The position numbers were made by a program, and so were the translations under genes. This document shows, in pieces, positions 30,041 through 40,242 of a stretch of 64,000 bases of DNA. The DNA comes from an uncultured Acidobacteriota bacterium (GTDB lineage: Bacteria; Actinomycetota; Acidimicrobiia; Spongiisociales; ZC4RG35): assembly GCA_963789135.1 (NCBI GenBank), contig CAWBJJ010000002.1, forward strand, positions 23,736 to 87,735. The letters are read 5' to 3'. The notes below the pieces were generated by a model, which searched no databases, had not been told where the DNA came from, and saw only the letters and a program-made list of their open reading frames with translations. Each line of letters opens with the position of its first letter. Within the stretch, counting starts at the first letter, position 1.

Positions 30041-31292
30041 TTACTTGGCGAATACGTTCGTCAGATCCGCCACGCTGATTCCGAGTGTGGCGCGCGCGAG
30101 TCGATCGAGCTCGGCCTCAGGGCCGGTGAAGTGAAACGTGCGATGAACGTGTGTGTATCGCTGTTGCGGTGCGAGATTGAGCGCCGGCGATGACGTCTCG
30201 AGCTCGTAGAACGGACCGAGCGGCGGTTGGCCGGGCGCCGGAGGCCCGTCGTTGTAGCTGTTGATAACGTCGCCCTTGTACGGCTCGCGCTGAATCTCCC
30301 ACATCGAATTGACATACCTGGTCGCATCGGCAGGCCGCGTGTATTGCACCAGCGTCAAGACGCGCGCCGTCGCGTCGTAGCTTCCCGCCACGTCACGTGC
30401 GCGCGATGGGGACAAGCCAATCTTGCTGCGATGCTGGCCGTCGCCTCGAAAGAGAATGACCGCCTCGGTGATCTTGAGACGGTCGCTCGGCACCTTGCCG
30501 AAATAGGCGTCGTTGACGACGGGACCGAGTGCCGACTCCGGACCGGCAGTGAAAGGGATCGCAATCGTGGTGTCCGGCGACGGGTTGAACATGCCGAGTA
30601 TCCACACCGAGATCAGGCCCGACTCCGGCTGCCATGGGGCGCTGCCGACATTCACGACCGTATTGGCGGACTCGTACGCCACCATCCGAACGCCACGACC
30701 CGGAGCCGTCCCCAGGTGCATGGCGGCATCCTCCGCTTTGACGAGACGCACCGCACGGTCCACTTCGATCTCGAGGGTGGTGTTCGAATAGTTCGCGAGC
30801 GTCATGCGTTTGGTGAAGCGCACCGCGTCGGACGATCGCTCGCGACTGTCCCATGCGCCCCAATCGATCGGCTCCGGCACCTGCCAATGCGCCAGATCGA
30901 ACGGGTCGCCCGCCTTGAAGTACAAGGAGTACCTGTCCCCCTTCGGGACCCAGCCAGAAGCGATCTTCACCGCCGAACACGTTCATGTGCGGCTGCCGCT
31001 GACCGCCGGCCACCGCAGCGCGACCGATCCACCCGAAGCTGAGCCCGTCTGCACCGCCCGTGGTGCTGGTCATCACTCGACCCTGATAGCCAGGGGTGAC
31101 AGCCACCTGTGCGCCGGACGAATCGGACAGCACGACCACCTCGGTGTGCTGGCGAAGGAAGGCGAGATCGGAGGCGAATCGGTCGTAGGCTGGCGCGAGC
31201 GCCGTCGGCTCGGTCCTGCGGCAGGCGGCGATCGGAATCGTCGCCGCGGCCATCGCCAGTATGAGAGCGGCACGCGGTCCAGGGCATCGCAT
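30041..31292 (-). CDS. conserved hypothetical lipoprotein, one frame break at the C5 run 30937-30941
   Basis: The N-terminus (lipobox IAAC; ...GGEDRFWLGPEGGQ) is in ORF 30393..31292. It continues as YSLYFKAGDPFDLAHWQ... in ORF 30041..30970. Confidence 0.65.
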
Positions 31293-31321
31293 CGCGCGAT
31301 GATTCTATGTCCCCTTTTCCG

Positions 31322-31586
31322 TTATTCGTGGCGCAACGCCGTCGTTGGATTGAGGCGCGCGGCGCGCGTGGACGGGATCAGCCCGGATCCAACAAGGTGA
31401 ACTGCACGAGTTCGTGCGAGGCTCGAACCGGCAGCACGCGCAGCAGGACCCGATCCACGAGGGTGAAGATCGCCGCGTTTTGCGCCGATGCCCAAGGCAA
31501 GTGAAAGGACGGCTATCGCAGTGAAGGTGGGCGACTTACGCCGCGCGCGGAAGGGGAGGCGTGCATCGGCGACGGGGGTTGGCCAT
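31322..31586 (-). pseudogene. ADOP/FtsX permease relic: first ~55 codons joined to the last ~17 codons, plus two homopolymer frame breaks
   Basis: With 1-nt corrections it reads [62 protein letters not shown]..., then ...GLIPSTRAARLNPTTALRHE*. Confidence 0.65.
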
Positions 31587-31808
31587 GGTCCCTGGACGGA
31601 GGGTGACCGTAGCCGGTTGAGCGACGCCGCAGTCATCCAGGAATTTGGAGAAAAAAATCAGGCGGTGGCCCGGCTTTCTGAGCGCTTGACATCGCAGTGG
31701 CTAACCCTTAGGGTAGCGCTAATTTACGTCTTTTTTTCGGGGCCCGACGCAACTCCCGGCAGTTGCACGGCTGTTGTACGTCTGTTGGACGTTGGAGGAG
31801 AGAGAGAA

Positions 31809-34800
31809 ATGGCATCACACGTTCAGCGTTGTATGAGTGCTCTGATCTCCGCCGTACTTGTGGCCTTCCTGGCCGGCACTGTAGCCGATGCCCAGGTTCT
31901 ATACGGTTCCATCGTTGGGAACGTGACCGACTCGACCGGTGCGGCGGTGCCTGGTGCCACCGTCACCATCGAGCAGGCGGAAACGAAACTCACACGCGAA
32001 CTGGTGGCCGACGCCGCCGGTGCCTATCACTTCACAGCGGTGCCGTCCGGAACCTACAGCGTGACGGTGACGATGAACGGCTTCCGATCGTTCAGCCGCA
32101 AGGATGTCCCGGTCACGCTCAACTCCGTGGCGCGCGTTGACGCGAAATTGGACGTCGGGCAGCTGGCGGAAACGGTGAGCGTCTCCGCCGAGTCGCCGAT
32201 TCTTCAGACCGACCGGGCGGAAGTTCGTGCCGAACTGAAGTCGCGCGACCTGACGGAGCTGCCGGTTCCCATCGGCCGCAATTATCAGCAGCTGTTCAAG
32301 ACGCTGCCCGGTTTCACGCCGCCGGCCGACGCGCACTCGATTCCGTCCAACCCGTCCCGTGCCCTCGTCTTCAACGTGAACGGCTCGAGTGACAGCTCGA
32401 ACAACACGCGGATCGACGGTGTCAGCACGACGAACGTCTGGCTGCCGCACGTCGCGGCGTACGTGCCGGCCCTCGAATCGCTCGAAACCGTGAACGTCGT
32501 GACCAACAGCTTCGACGCGGAGCAGGGACTCGCGGGCGGCTCGGCGATCAACGTGCAGATCAAGAGCGGCACGAACCAGCTGAAAGGGTCGGCGTTCGAG
32601 TACTACACCAACGAGCAGATGCGCGAGCTCAACTACTTCGCGCCAGCCAATGCGACAAAAGGGGACTGGGCGTACCACCAGTACGGAGCGACGCTCGGCG
32701 GGCCGATCCTGCGCAACAAGCTGTTTTACTTCGGCAGCTACGAGAGCACGCGCGACAAGCAGAATGCGACGCGTACGATCTCAGTGCCCTCCGCAGCGCT
32801 GCGCCGCGGCGACCTGTCTGGGTCGGTGAATCCCATTTACGATCCGGCGACCGGCACGGCAAACGGAACCGGGCGGACGCCGTTTGCGGGCAACATCATT
32901 CCCCAGGATCGCATCGACCCGATTGCGGCGAAGATCATCGGCCTGATGCCGATGCCGAACGTGCCGGGAACGGCGGAGAACGACAACTACTTCGCCGCCG
33001 CGCCGTTCGAGTTCAACCGGTGGACGCTCGACACGAAGGTGAACTGGAACGCCACATCGAAGTTGAACATCTTCGGCCGCTACAGCCACCTCGACTTCTG
33101 GACGTTCAACGAAGCGGTGTACGGCGACACGCTGCAGGGAATTCCAATCGCTGGCGGCAACCCCGGAACGGGTCAGGGCTACACAGCCAACTTTTCGGCG
33201 GGCGGCACCTACGTGATCTCGCCCAGTCTCGTCGCCGACGCGCACTTCGGCTACGTGCGGATGTACACCGACGTCGCGCACACCGATATCGGCCAGAACA
33301 AAGGGCAGTCGCTGCTCGGGATTCCGGGTCTCAACGGCTCGCGTGCGTTCGAAGGGGGCATGCCCGTCTTCGACTTCGAGACCTTCCAGGACATCGGGAT
33401 CACGGAGCTGTACATGCCGTACACCCGCAACGACGATCAGTATCAGACCGTCGTGAACGTCAACTGGATGAAGGGAAAACACAACGTTCGCGCCGGCACC
33501 GACATCTATTTCCAGGCGCTGAATCACCTGCAGCCGGAAACCACGGGCGATAACTATGGCGCGCGCGGCGGCTTCCGCTACAGGAGCGGTCCGACGCTGC
33601 TGAGCGGAGGGCCGTCGGCCAACCTCTGTATAACGCATGGGCGTCGTTCCTTCTCGGCTATCCCGAACAGCTCGGCCGCCTGAACCTCACGGAAGCGCCG
33701 TACGCGACGCGGATGCAGAGCTACAGCTTCTACGTGCGGGATCAGTGGCAGGTGACGAACCGGATGACGGTTTCGTTCGGCACGCGCTACGAGTACTTCC
33801 CCATGCCGACGCGGGACGGTCGCGGTCTCGAACGCTACAACCCCGAGACGAACCTGATGGAGATCGGCGGCATCGGCTCGGTGCCGATGGACCTCGGCGT
33901 CAGCATGGAGAAAGGGCTGTTCGCGCCGCGCGTCGGGGTGACGTTCCGCGCGTCGCCGACGATGGTCCTGCGCGGCGGGTTCGGGATCACCAACGACCCG
34001 TACTCGCTGGCGCGGCCGATGCGCACGAATCATCCAGTCCTTCTCAACCTGATCGTCAACGCGCCGAACACGTTCTCCTGGGCCGGCCGAACGGCTGATG
34101 GCGTGCCGCCGGTGCCGAACGCCGATTTCGGCAACGGCATCATCACGATTCCGTCGAACGTCAGCGCCGTCACGATTCCGAGTGACTTCAACCGCGGCTA
34201 CATCAAGTCGTGGAATGCGGCGATTCAGAAAGAGCTGCGCTGGGGGTTCGTCGGCGAAGCGGCGTACGTCGCGACGCGTCAGATCGATCAGCTCGGGGTG
34301 CCTCGAACTGAACTGGTCGCCGATCGGCGGCGGTCAGGCCGCGTCGGCAGCTGAATCAGCGGTTCGGACGGACGGCGCAGACCCAGCTCGTCGCGCCGGT
34401 CGGCGACACCAAGTACGACGCGCTGCAGACACGCCTCGATCGACGCTTCTCGAACGGGATTCAGCTCGGTGTCGGCTACACGCTGTCGAAAGCGACGGGG
34501 ATCGCCGGGGCACCGCGCAGCGACGGCGTGCCGCGCATCATGATTCCCGAGTTCTACCACCTGAACACGGCGCTGCAGTCGTTCGACCGCACGCACAACC
34601 TGCAGATCACCAACCTCACCGAGCTGCCGTTCGGTCCGGGCAAGCGCTGGCTCAATGGCGGCGGCGTGGTCGCCGCGATCGTCGGCGGGTGGCAGATCAA
34701 CAACATCGTCAGCATCACGAGCGGCACGCCGTTCGACATCACGGCATCGAGCACGTCGCTGAATGCGCCGGAGAGCTCGCAGCGCGCCGACCAGGTGAAG

Positions 34801-35171
34801 TCGGACGTCGAGATTCTTCACGGCATCGGCCGCGGCAACGCCTGGTTCGACCCGTTCGCGTTCAAGCCGGTCACCGAGCCGCGGTTTGGCACGGCGCCCT
34901 GGGGCGCGGTGCGCGGACCGGGTTACGCGAACTGGGATTTGGGCGTGTTCCGGCAGTTCAACCTGCCGCGGAACATGCACGTGCAGTTCCGGTTCGAAGC
35001 GTTCAACGTGACCAACACGCCGCACTTCAACAATCCCAGTGACGCGGGAGAAACGTGTCCAACCTGCAGCTGAACCCCGACGGCACCGTCCGCAACCTGA
35101 ACGGCTTCAGCGAGATCAGCAGTTCGTTCGGTGAGCGGCAGATGCGGGTCGGCCTGCGGTTGGGCTGGTAG
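31809..35171 (+). CDS. TonB-dependent receptor with N-terminal CarboxypepD_reg domain; four frame breaks (about 33627, 34298, 34341, 35048)
   Basis: A signal peptide is followed by YGSIVGNVTDSTGAAVPGATVT. Fragments 31809..33683, 33713..34354 and 34528..35073 join colinearly. The terminal ...ERQMRVGLRLGW* ends at 35171 in a fourth frame. Confidence 0.8.
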
Positions 35172-35202
35172 GAAGAAAGATCGAAGAGTCGAAGGAAGAA
35201 AG

Positions 35203-35234
35203 GGGGACAGTCGACCGGTGACTGTCCCCTTTTT
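35203..35234. terminator. canonical intrinsic terminator, usable bidirectionally (A-rich 5' flank, T5 3' flank)
   Basis: GGGGACAGT-CGACCGGTG-ACTGTCCCC-TTTTT sits between the convergent TBDR and amidohydrolase genes. Confidence 0.8.
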
Positions 35235-35235
35235 C

Positions 35236-36438
35236 CTACAGGCCCAACAACCGCGCGGCGTTCCCGTTGTAGACCTTCTGCAGGATCCCCTCCGGTAGTC
35301 CAATCCCGTAGATCTGCCAGCGTCCCTGCGGTGGTACGGGTGCAGGGGCGTAGTCGAAATACTCGTCCTCGGTCTCGAGGAACCGGAAGTAGATCTCGTA
35401 CAGCTGGGTGCCGAAGATCTGTTGCGGCGTTTGTGTGCCGTGCGGCACGGCGTCGGTCCCGAACAGGATCCGGTCCTGATAGCGATCGAAGAACCGCCGC
35501 GCGGTGCGCGGTTGGCGTCCCAGTTCACCGATCCGTGCGCCTATCTCGACGTGCATGTTCGGAAACTTGTCGAGACATTCCGAAACGTAGCCGAGGTCCT
35601 CGGCGTTGTGGCCGACGTGCAGGGCGACGAAGGTCGTCTTCGGGTGACGCGCGAACATCCGGTTTCTGGCCTCGAGCAGCGCGCGGTTCGAGGGGAAGTC
35701 GCGGCCGTGGAACGACCAGTCGGGATGGTTGTTCAGCTCCTCGAAACGCTCGTTGAACCGATCGGTGGGAAGGAAGAACGCCTCGGGATCGCTGACGTGA
35801 ATGGCGACGGGCATCTTCTTGCCGGCACATGCTTCCCACATCTGGTCGAAACGCTTGTCATCCACCGCGAGCAGCGGACCTGACGTCACCTTCTCGCGCA
35901 GGTACAGACCGAGAGTTTTCAGCACCTTCAACCCTCGCGCGCCGGCACCGTGGGCGCGCTCGATGTCGGCCGCCTGCTCGCGAGCGTAGTTCGCGTCGTT
36001 GATCTGCGCATATCGCGGCTCCGTGAACGTGACGAAGCGTTTGGGGTGGGCCGTCTGATACTGCGCGATGCTCTGCTCCAATCCCTTGCCCACGCCCCCC
36101 GTCAGGTTCACCATCGTCTGCAGGTTCACCTGGTCCATCACTTTGAGGAGCTCTGCCGCCGGCGCGCGGAAAGTCGTCTCCTCGCCCTGCGGCACGCCGG
36201 ACACGCCGGCGCGGAATCCCAGGTGCGTGTGGAAGTCGATCACCGGATGTCGCGCCCGCGCCACCTTCGTCTCGGCAACCTTGAGCATGCTCTTCGGCTG
36301 AAAGTCTTTGAGGTCGAGAGGCGTCGGCGGTCTCGGTGGCGGATTCTGCGACGTCTGACGCCCCTCGCCATGAACCGCCCGCACCATCGGCACCGACGCC
36401 AGCAACGAAAGCCATTGACGGCGGGTCACATCACTCAT
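35236..36438 (-). CDS. Tat-signal amidohydrolase-family (metal-dependent hydrolase) protein
   Basis: N-terminus is MSDVTRRQWLSLLASVPMV. HTH and HVSD metal-binding motifs are present. A GAGGA RBS precedes ATG 36438. Confidence 0.8.
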   Translation of the reverse strand: MSDVTRRQWLSLLASVPMVRAVHGEGRQTSQNPPPRPPTPLDLKDFQPKSMLKVAETKVARARHPVIDFHTHLGFRAGVSGVPQGEETTFRAPAAELLKVMDQVNLQTMVNLTGGVGKGLEQSIAQYQTAHPKRFVTFTEPRYAQINDANYAREQAADIERAHGAGARGLKVLKTLGLYLREKVTSGPLLAVDDKRFDQMWEACAGKKMPVAIHVSDPEAFFLPTDRFNERFEELNNHPDWSFHGRDFPSNRALLEARNRMFARHPKTTFVALHVGHNAEDLGYVSECLDKFPNMHVEIGARIGELGRQPRTARRFFDRYQDRILFGTDAVPHGTQTPQQIFGTQLYEIYFRFLETEDEYFDYAPAPVPPQGRWQIYGIGLPEGILQKVYNGNAARLLGL

Positions 36439-36461
36439 GTTCTAATCCTCAGCGGGTGATC

Positions 36462-36644
36462 CTACACGAGCGCCTTCAACTCCCAACCTCCAAATCCAAC
36501 CCCGGCGATATGGCCCCCCATGCCATCGGCAACCATGAGCACGGCTGGGCCTTCCGACTCCCCCGAGCTTTCCGGATAGATGGTGTCTTCGTTGTTCTTG
36601 CGCACCATGCCCTGGTGGCTGGCGGCGGCCCAGATGTACTTCAC
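36462..36644 (-). pseudogene. pstP: 5' fragment (about 48 codons) of the PP2C Ser/Thr phosphatase gene pstP, truncated at the block junction
   Basis: Translation MKYIWAAASHQGMVRKNNEDT...LMVADGMGGHIAG matches a PP2C N-terminus. It then runs into 12 unrelated codons and a stop. It overlaps the fhaB stop by 4 nt, as in an operon. Confidence 0.75.
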
Positions 36645-37051
36645 CGAACCTCCATCACCGTCTTGCCGACCTGGATGGTGTCTCCCCTTCGCATGGTCGT
36701 GGGGGCTGTGATCCGGCGGCCATTGACGTAGGTCCCGTTGGTGCTCCCCAGGTCGTGGAGTACCAGCCCATTATCCGACGCCACCAGCCGCATGTGGAAC
36801 TCGGAAGCGTAGGGATCGTCGAGGAGCATGTCGGCCTCGGCCGACCTGCCGAGGACGGTGACGTCCCGCACTTCGATTTCCAGGCCCTGCTGTGTCTCGG
36901 AGCGCACCACGACCACCTTCGAGCCCTCCCGGCGCCGACGTCGCGCCGAGATCCCGAGGTGTGAACCTATCGCTCGCGCCACCTGCCAAACGAAGAGATA
37001 AACCAGGCCAAGAAAGATGATCCGGAGGAGGGCGAGAATCAGATCGGGCAT
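36641..37051 (-). CDS. fhaB: FHA-domain protein FhaB/FipA (N-terminal TM helix plus FHA)
   Basis: The 136-aa ORF contains the FHA signature GRSAEADMLLDDPYASEFHMRL...GSTNGTYVNG. Confidence 0.85.
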   Translation of the reverse strand: MPDLILALLRIIFLGLVYLFVWQVARAIGSHLGISARRRRREGSKVVVVRSETQQGLEIEVRDVTVLGRSAEADMLLDDPYASEFHMRLVASDNGLVLHDLGSTNGTYVNGRRITAPTTMRRGDTIQVGKTVMEVR

Positions 37052-37054
37052 GGT

Positions 37055-37705
37055 TCAGGGCTCACGCAACCGGAAGCGGTGGCTGCCGAAGGTGATGCTC
37101 GCTCCCTTTTCCACCTGTCGGCCGTTTCTCGCGACCGGTGAGCCGTCGAGGATGGTCCCGTTGGCCGATCCCAGGTCCTTCAACCAGGTCGCACCCTCTG
37201 CTCGCCAGACGAGTGCGTGGTTGCGGCTCACGTCGTCGTAGGGGAGCACCACGTCGGCTTCTCTGGAACGGCCGATCACTGCGCGGTTGGGCCCTATCTC
37301 GAACTCGGCCTCTCCCGCGACCAAGCGCGCCCATGGCGGGATTCTCCCTGGGACGACGGAAGGAACACAGGTGAATTGGCCCGGCGACACCCTATCTGAG
37401 GTCTCGATGAGCACGGTCGGCGGCCCTTCGAGACGGAGGCCGGCCTCGGCGGCATGCTCTGACAACGCCGCCTCGAGCTGGCGCTGCAGTCGCGTTGGAT
37501 CGAGGTCGAGGTCTCCGGGATTGAACGTGAGCAGGAACCGGTTGGAGGTGGCGGGGCCTGTCGGGTGCTGGTAGCTCGTCAGATCGGCCTCGCGGGCGAT
37601 CCGGCCCGCCATCTCAGAGGGATGGATTCGACCCGAGAACACACGTCCGGTGGTGCCTTCGAAAAGGCGCTCGAGGCGGCGTTCGAGGCTCCTGGCGAGG
37701 CTCAT
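37055..37705 (-). CDS. fhaA: FhaA (DUF3662 N-domain plus C-terminal FHA domain)
   Basis: N-terminus is MSLARSLERRLERLFEG.... The C-terminal FHA segment is IGRSREADVVLPYDDVSRNHA...GSANGT. Gene order is fhaA-fhaB-pstP. Confidence 0.85.
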   Translation of the reverse strand: MSLARSLERRLERLFEGTTGRVFSGRIHPSEMAGRIAREADLTSYQHPTGPATSNRFLLTFNPGDLDLDPTRLQRQLEAALSEHAAEAGLRLEGPPTVLIETSDRVSPGQFTCVPSVVPGRIPPWARLVAGEAEFEIGPNRAVIGRSREADVVLPYDDVSRNHALVWRAEGATWLKDLGSANGTILDGSPVARNGRQVEKGASITFGSHRFRLREP

Positions 37706-37788
37706 TCGGTGGAAGGTTACGGTCAGTCGGGGATATGGAGGCCGACTACCGCAAGTATCCGAGCAGGGTTACGCTTCACAGCCGTTAC

Positions 37789-37874
37789 GGGCGAGTGGCG
37801 GAATTGGCAGACGCGGAGGATTCAGGTTCCTGTGATCGCAAGGTCGTGGGGGTTCAAGTCCCCCCTCGCCCACC
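37789..37874 (+). tRNA. tRNA-Leu (anticodon CAG), long variable arm, CCA encoded
   Basis: Hand fold: acceptor GGGCGAG/CTCGCCC, D-arm GCG/CGC, anticodon loop TTCAGGT, T-loop TTCAAGT. The C-run appears one nt short for a 5-bp T stem. Confidence 0.85.
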
Positions 37875-37958
37875 AAGGACTGACGGTTTTCCCCGCTGGT
37901 CCCGCCTACCGCACCGGCCGCAGAAGGGCATCGATGGTCTCCCCCGAATTCTCGAGAT

Positions 37959-38957
37959 GTGATGCTTGACACCCCACGGCCCAGGAAACGTGTCGCCGCC
38001 CGTTTCGTCTGGCCGTTGCTGATCTCAATTGCGGCGATAGCCGCGATCGCCCTCTCCGGCTCGGGGACAGACGCTCGCGCCGAGCTCGAATACCTGGACG
38101 CGGTGCAAGAGGAAGCAGTCGCCCTCTCCTCCAAGGGCACTGCTCTCAGCGGTGTGGTCTCGCGTCTCTCGATGATCGACCGCACCGAACTGGTGACAGT
38201 CATCGACGGCCTCCGCGCCGATATCGCCGCAGGGCTGGAGCTGGCCGAAGAGGCGCCTCCATCGGAGACCTTGTTCGCGGTCAATGCTCTGCACAGGCAG
38301 GCCCTGGCGGCCTGGGAAGCCGGGATCAGCGGCTTCGGGTCGGGACTACTCGCCGCCGCCGACGACCCCACCAGCGAGGTCGTCGTCGACAACATCGCAA
38401 ATGCCCTGGGGGAGCTGCGCGCGGGCGACCGCCTCTACAGCGACCTGGTGACGGAGTTGGAACGCGAGGAGGTGCCGGATCCGGCATCGCCAATGCCCGT
38501 TGTGGTGCTCATGCCGACCACGGGAGGTCTCACCAGCCTGGCTCAGGCCTATGTGCTCGCGGCCCGGTCGCCCGAGAGCACCCTGGCACTCCGTCCCGGG
38601 CTCGCAGTGAGCCAGGTGGTGTCAGAGCCGGAGTGGGAGGTGAGCCCTGAGGATGTCGTGATCGTTCCCAACACCGAGACGATGACGTTCAATGTCGTGG
38701 TCTCGAATCTGGGAAATGTGATCAGCCCGGCGGTGAGTCTCAACTTCGAGCTCACCACCGAGGAGGAAGACCCACTCGTCCTCGAACTCCCGGTGCCTGC
38801 TCTCGAATCCCAGCAACAGACCACCGTCACGTTCCCTGACATCGAGGTGAGCGGTGGAACGGCCTACGAGGTGACCCTCACTCTGGTCGGGGTGCAGACC
38901 GACGTGAACGCCGATGACAACGCCCTCACGGTGCCATTCACTGTGAGCGAAGGTTGA
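37959..38957 (+). CDS. hypothetical membrane-anchored protein with a CARDB-like C-terminal domain
   Basis: An N-terminal TM helix is followed by a helical middle region. The C-terminus reads FNVVVSNLGNVISPAVSLNFELTT...VTFP. Confidence 0.6.
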   Translation: MMLDTPRPRKRVAARFVWPLLISIAAIAAIALSGSGTDARAELEYLDAVQEEAVALSSKGTALSGVVSRLSMIDRTELVTVIDGLRADIAAGLELAEEAPPSETLFAVNALHRQALAAWEAGISGFGSGLLAAADDPTSEVVVDNIANALGELRAGDRLYSDLVTELEREEVPDPASPMPVVVLMPTTGGLTSLAQAYVLAARSPESTLALRPGLAVSQVVSEPEWEVSPEDVVIVPNTETMTFNVVVSNLGNVISPAVSLNFELTTEEEDPLVLELPVPALESQQQTTVTFPDIEVSGGTAYEVTLTLVGVQTDVNADDNALTVPFTVSEG

Positions 38958-38994
38958 GGCCGCTCCACGGTCGCCCGGTAGCATCCGTCGGCCC

Positions 38995-40242
38995 ATGATC
39001 GACCACAGGCTGCTCAGAGACGACCCGGAGTCAATCCGGGAATCGCTGCGCCGACGGGGGTCCGATATCGACCTCGACAAGCTGATCGACCTCGAAGCCG
39101 CCACCAGGGCCCGGCGTCAGGAAGCCGAGGAGTTACGGGCCCGGCAGCGAGAGGCGGGGCGGCTCATTGCTTCGTTGGGCGGAGCCGAAAAGGACTCGGC
39201 GATCGCCGAGGTGGCCGAGTTGGCGGCCGCGGTGAAGGAAGCATCCGGGGAGGCCGATCGGCTCAGCGCCGAGGTCGACCTCGCGCTCCTCGACGTGCCC
39301 AACCTGGTTGCTGCCGATGCCGCAGATGGATTCACCGACGCCGACAACGTCGAGATCAAGAGGGTGGGGAGCCCCCGGTCGGAAGGGACCGATCATGCGA
39401 CTCTCGGCGAGAGCCTGGGCATCATCGACACCGCCAGAGGGGTCAAGGTCTCGGGCAGCCGTTTCGCCTATTTGAAGGGCCTGGGGGCTCTCCTCGAGCT
39501 GTCTTTGGTGCGATGGGCCATGGACAACCTCGTGGAATCCGGATTCACCCCGATGATCCCCCCGGTCCTGGTCCGTGAGGAGGCCCTGGAGGGAACCGGT
39601 TTCTTTCCCGAGGCGAGGGAGCAGGTCTACGAGGTCCCGAAGGACGAGTTGTTCCTCGTCGGAACCTCAGAGGTGCCGCTGGCGGCCTATCACGGGGACG
39701 AGATACTCGATTCGGACCAGCTCCCCCTCCGATATGCCGGGTTCTCGACTTGCTTCCGCCGGGAGGCCGGCACTTACGGCAAGGACACCGCCGGGATCTT
39801 CCGGGTCCATCAGTTCGACAAGGTGGAGATGTTCGTTTTCTCCGGGCCCGAGCAGTCGGCGGAGGAGCACGAACGGCTTCTCGCGGTGGAGGAGAGCCTG
39901 GTCCAGCAGCTCGATATCCCGTATCGGGTCGTCAATGTCGCCGCTGGCGATCTCGGAGCCTCGGCGGCCAAGAAGTACGACATCGAGGCCTGGTTCCCCG
40001 GTGAACAGGCATATCGGGAGATCACTTCGTGCTCCAACACCACCGACTACCAGGCTCGGCGACTCAAGGTGCGAGTCCGCGGTGAGGACGGGAACCGGGT
40101 GGTGCACACCCTCAACGGGACCGCGTGCGCGGTGGGCCGAACCATCCTCGCCCTTATCGAGAATCACCAGCAGGTCGACGGGTCGGTGGCGATCCCGGAG
40201 GCGTTGCGTCGCTACACAGGGTTCGACCTGATCGAGCCGTGA
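38995..40242 (+). CDS. serS: serine--tRNA ligase
   Basis: The 415-aa ORF has a coiled-coil N-arm and class II motifs (FRREAG, GTACAVGRT). Confidence 0.95.
   Translation: MIDHRLLRDDPESIRESLRRRGSDIDLDKLIDLEAATRARRQEAEELRARQREAGRLIASLGGAEKDSAIAEVAELAAAVKEASGEADRLSAEVDLALLDVPNLVAADAADGFTDADNVEIKRVGSPRSEGTDHATLGESLGIIDTARGVKVSGSRFAYLKGLGALLELSLVRWAMDNLVESGFTPMIPPVLVREEALEGTGFFPEAREQVYEVPKDELFLVGTSEVPLAAYHGDEILDSDQLPLRYAGFSTCFRREAGTYGKDTAGIFRVHQFDKVEMFVFSGPEQSAEEHERLLAVEESLVQQLDIPYRVVNVAAGDLGASAAKKYDIEAWFPGEQAYREITSCSNTTDYQARRLKVRVRGEDGNRVVHTLNGTACAVGRTILALIENHQQVDGSVAIPEALRRYTGFDLIEP

Noticed and set aside
36462-36497. The tail VGFGGWELKALV* as the genuine C-terminus of a mini PP2C protein.
   Set aside because: PP2C catalytic domains need about 230 residues. 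Homology stops abruptly right after the first metal-binding motif, at the block junction, so this is a truncation.
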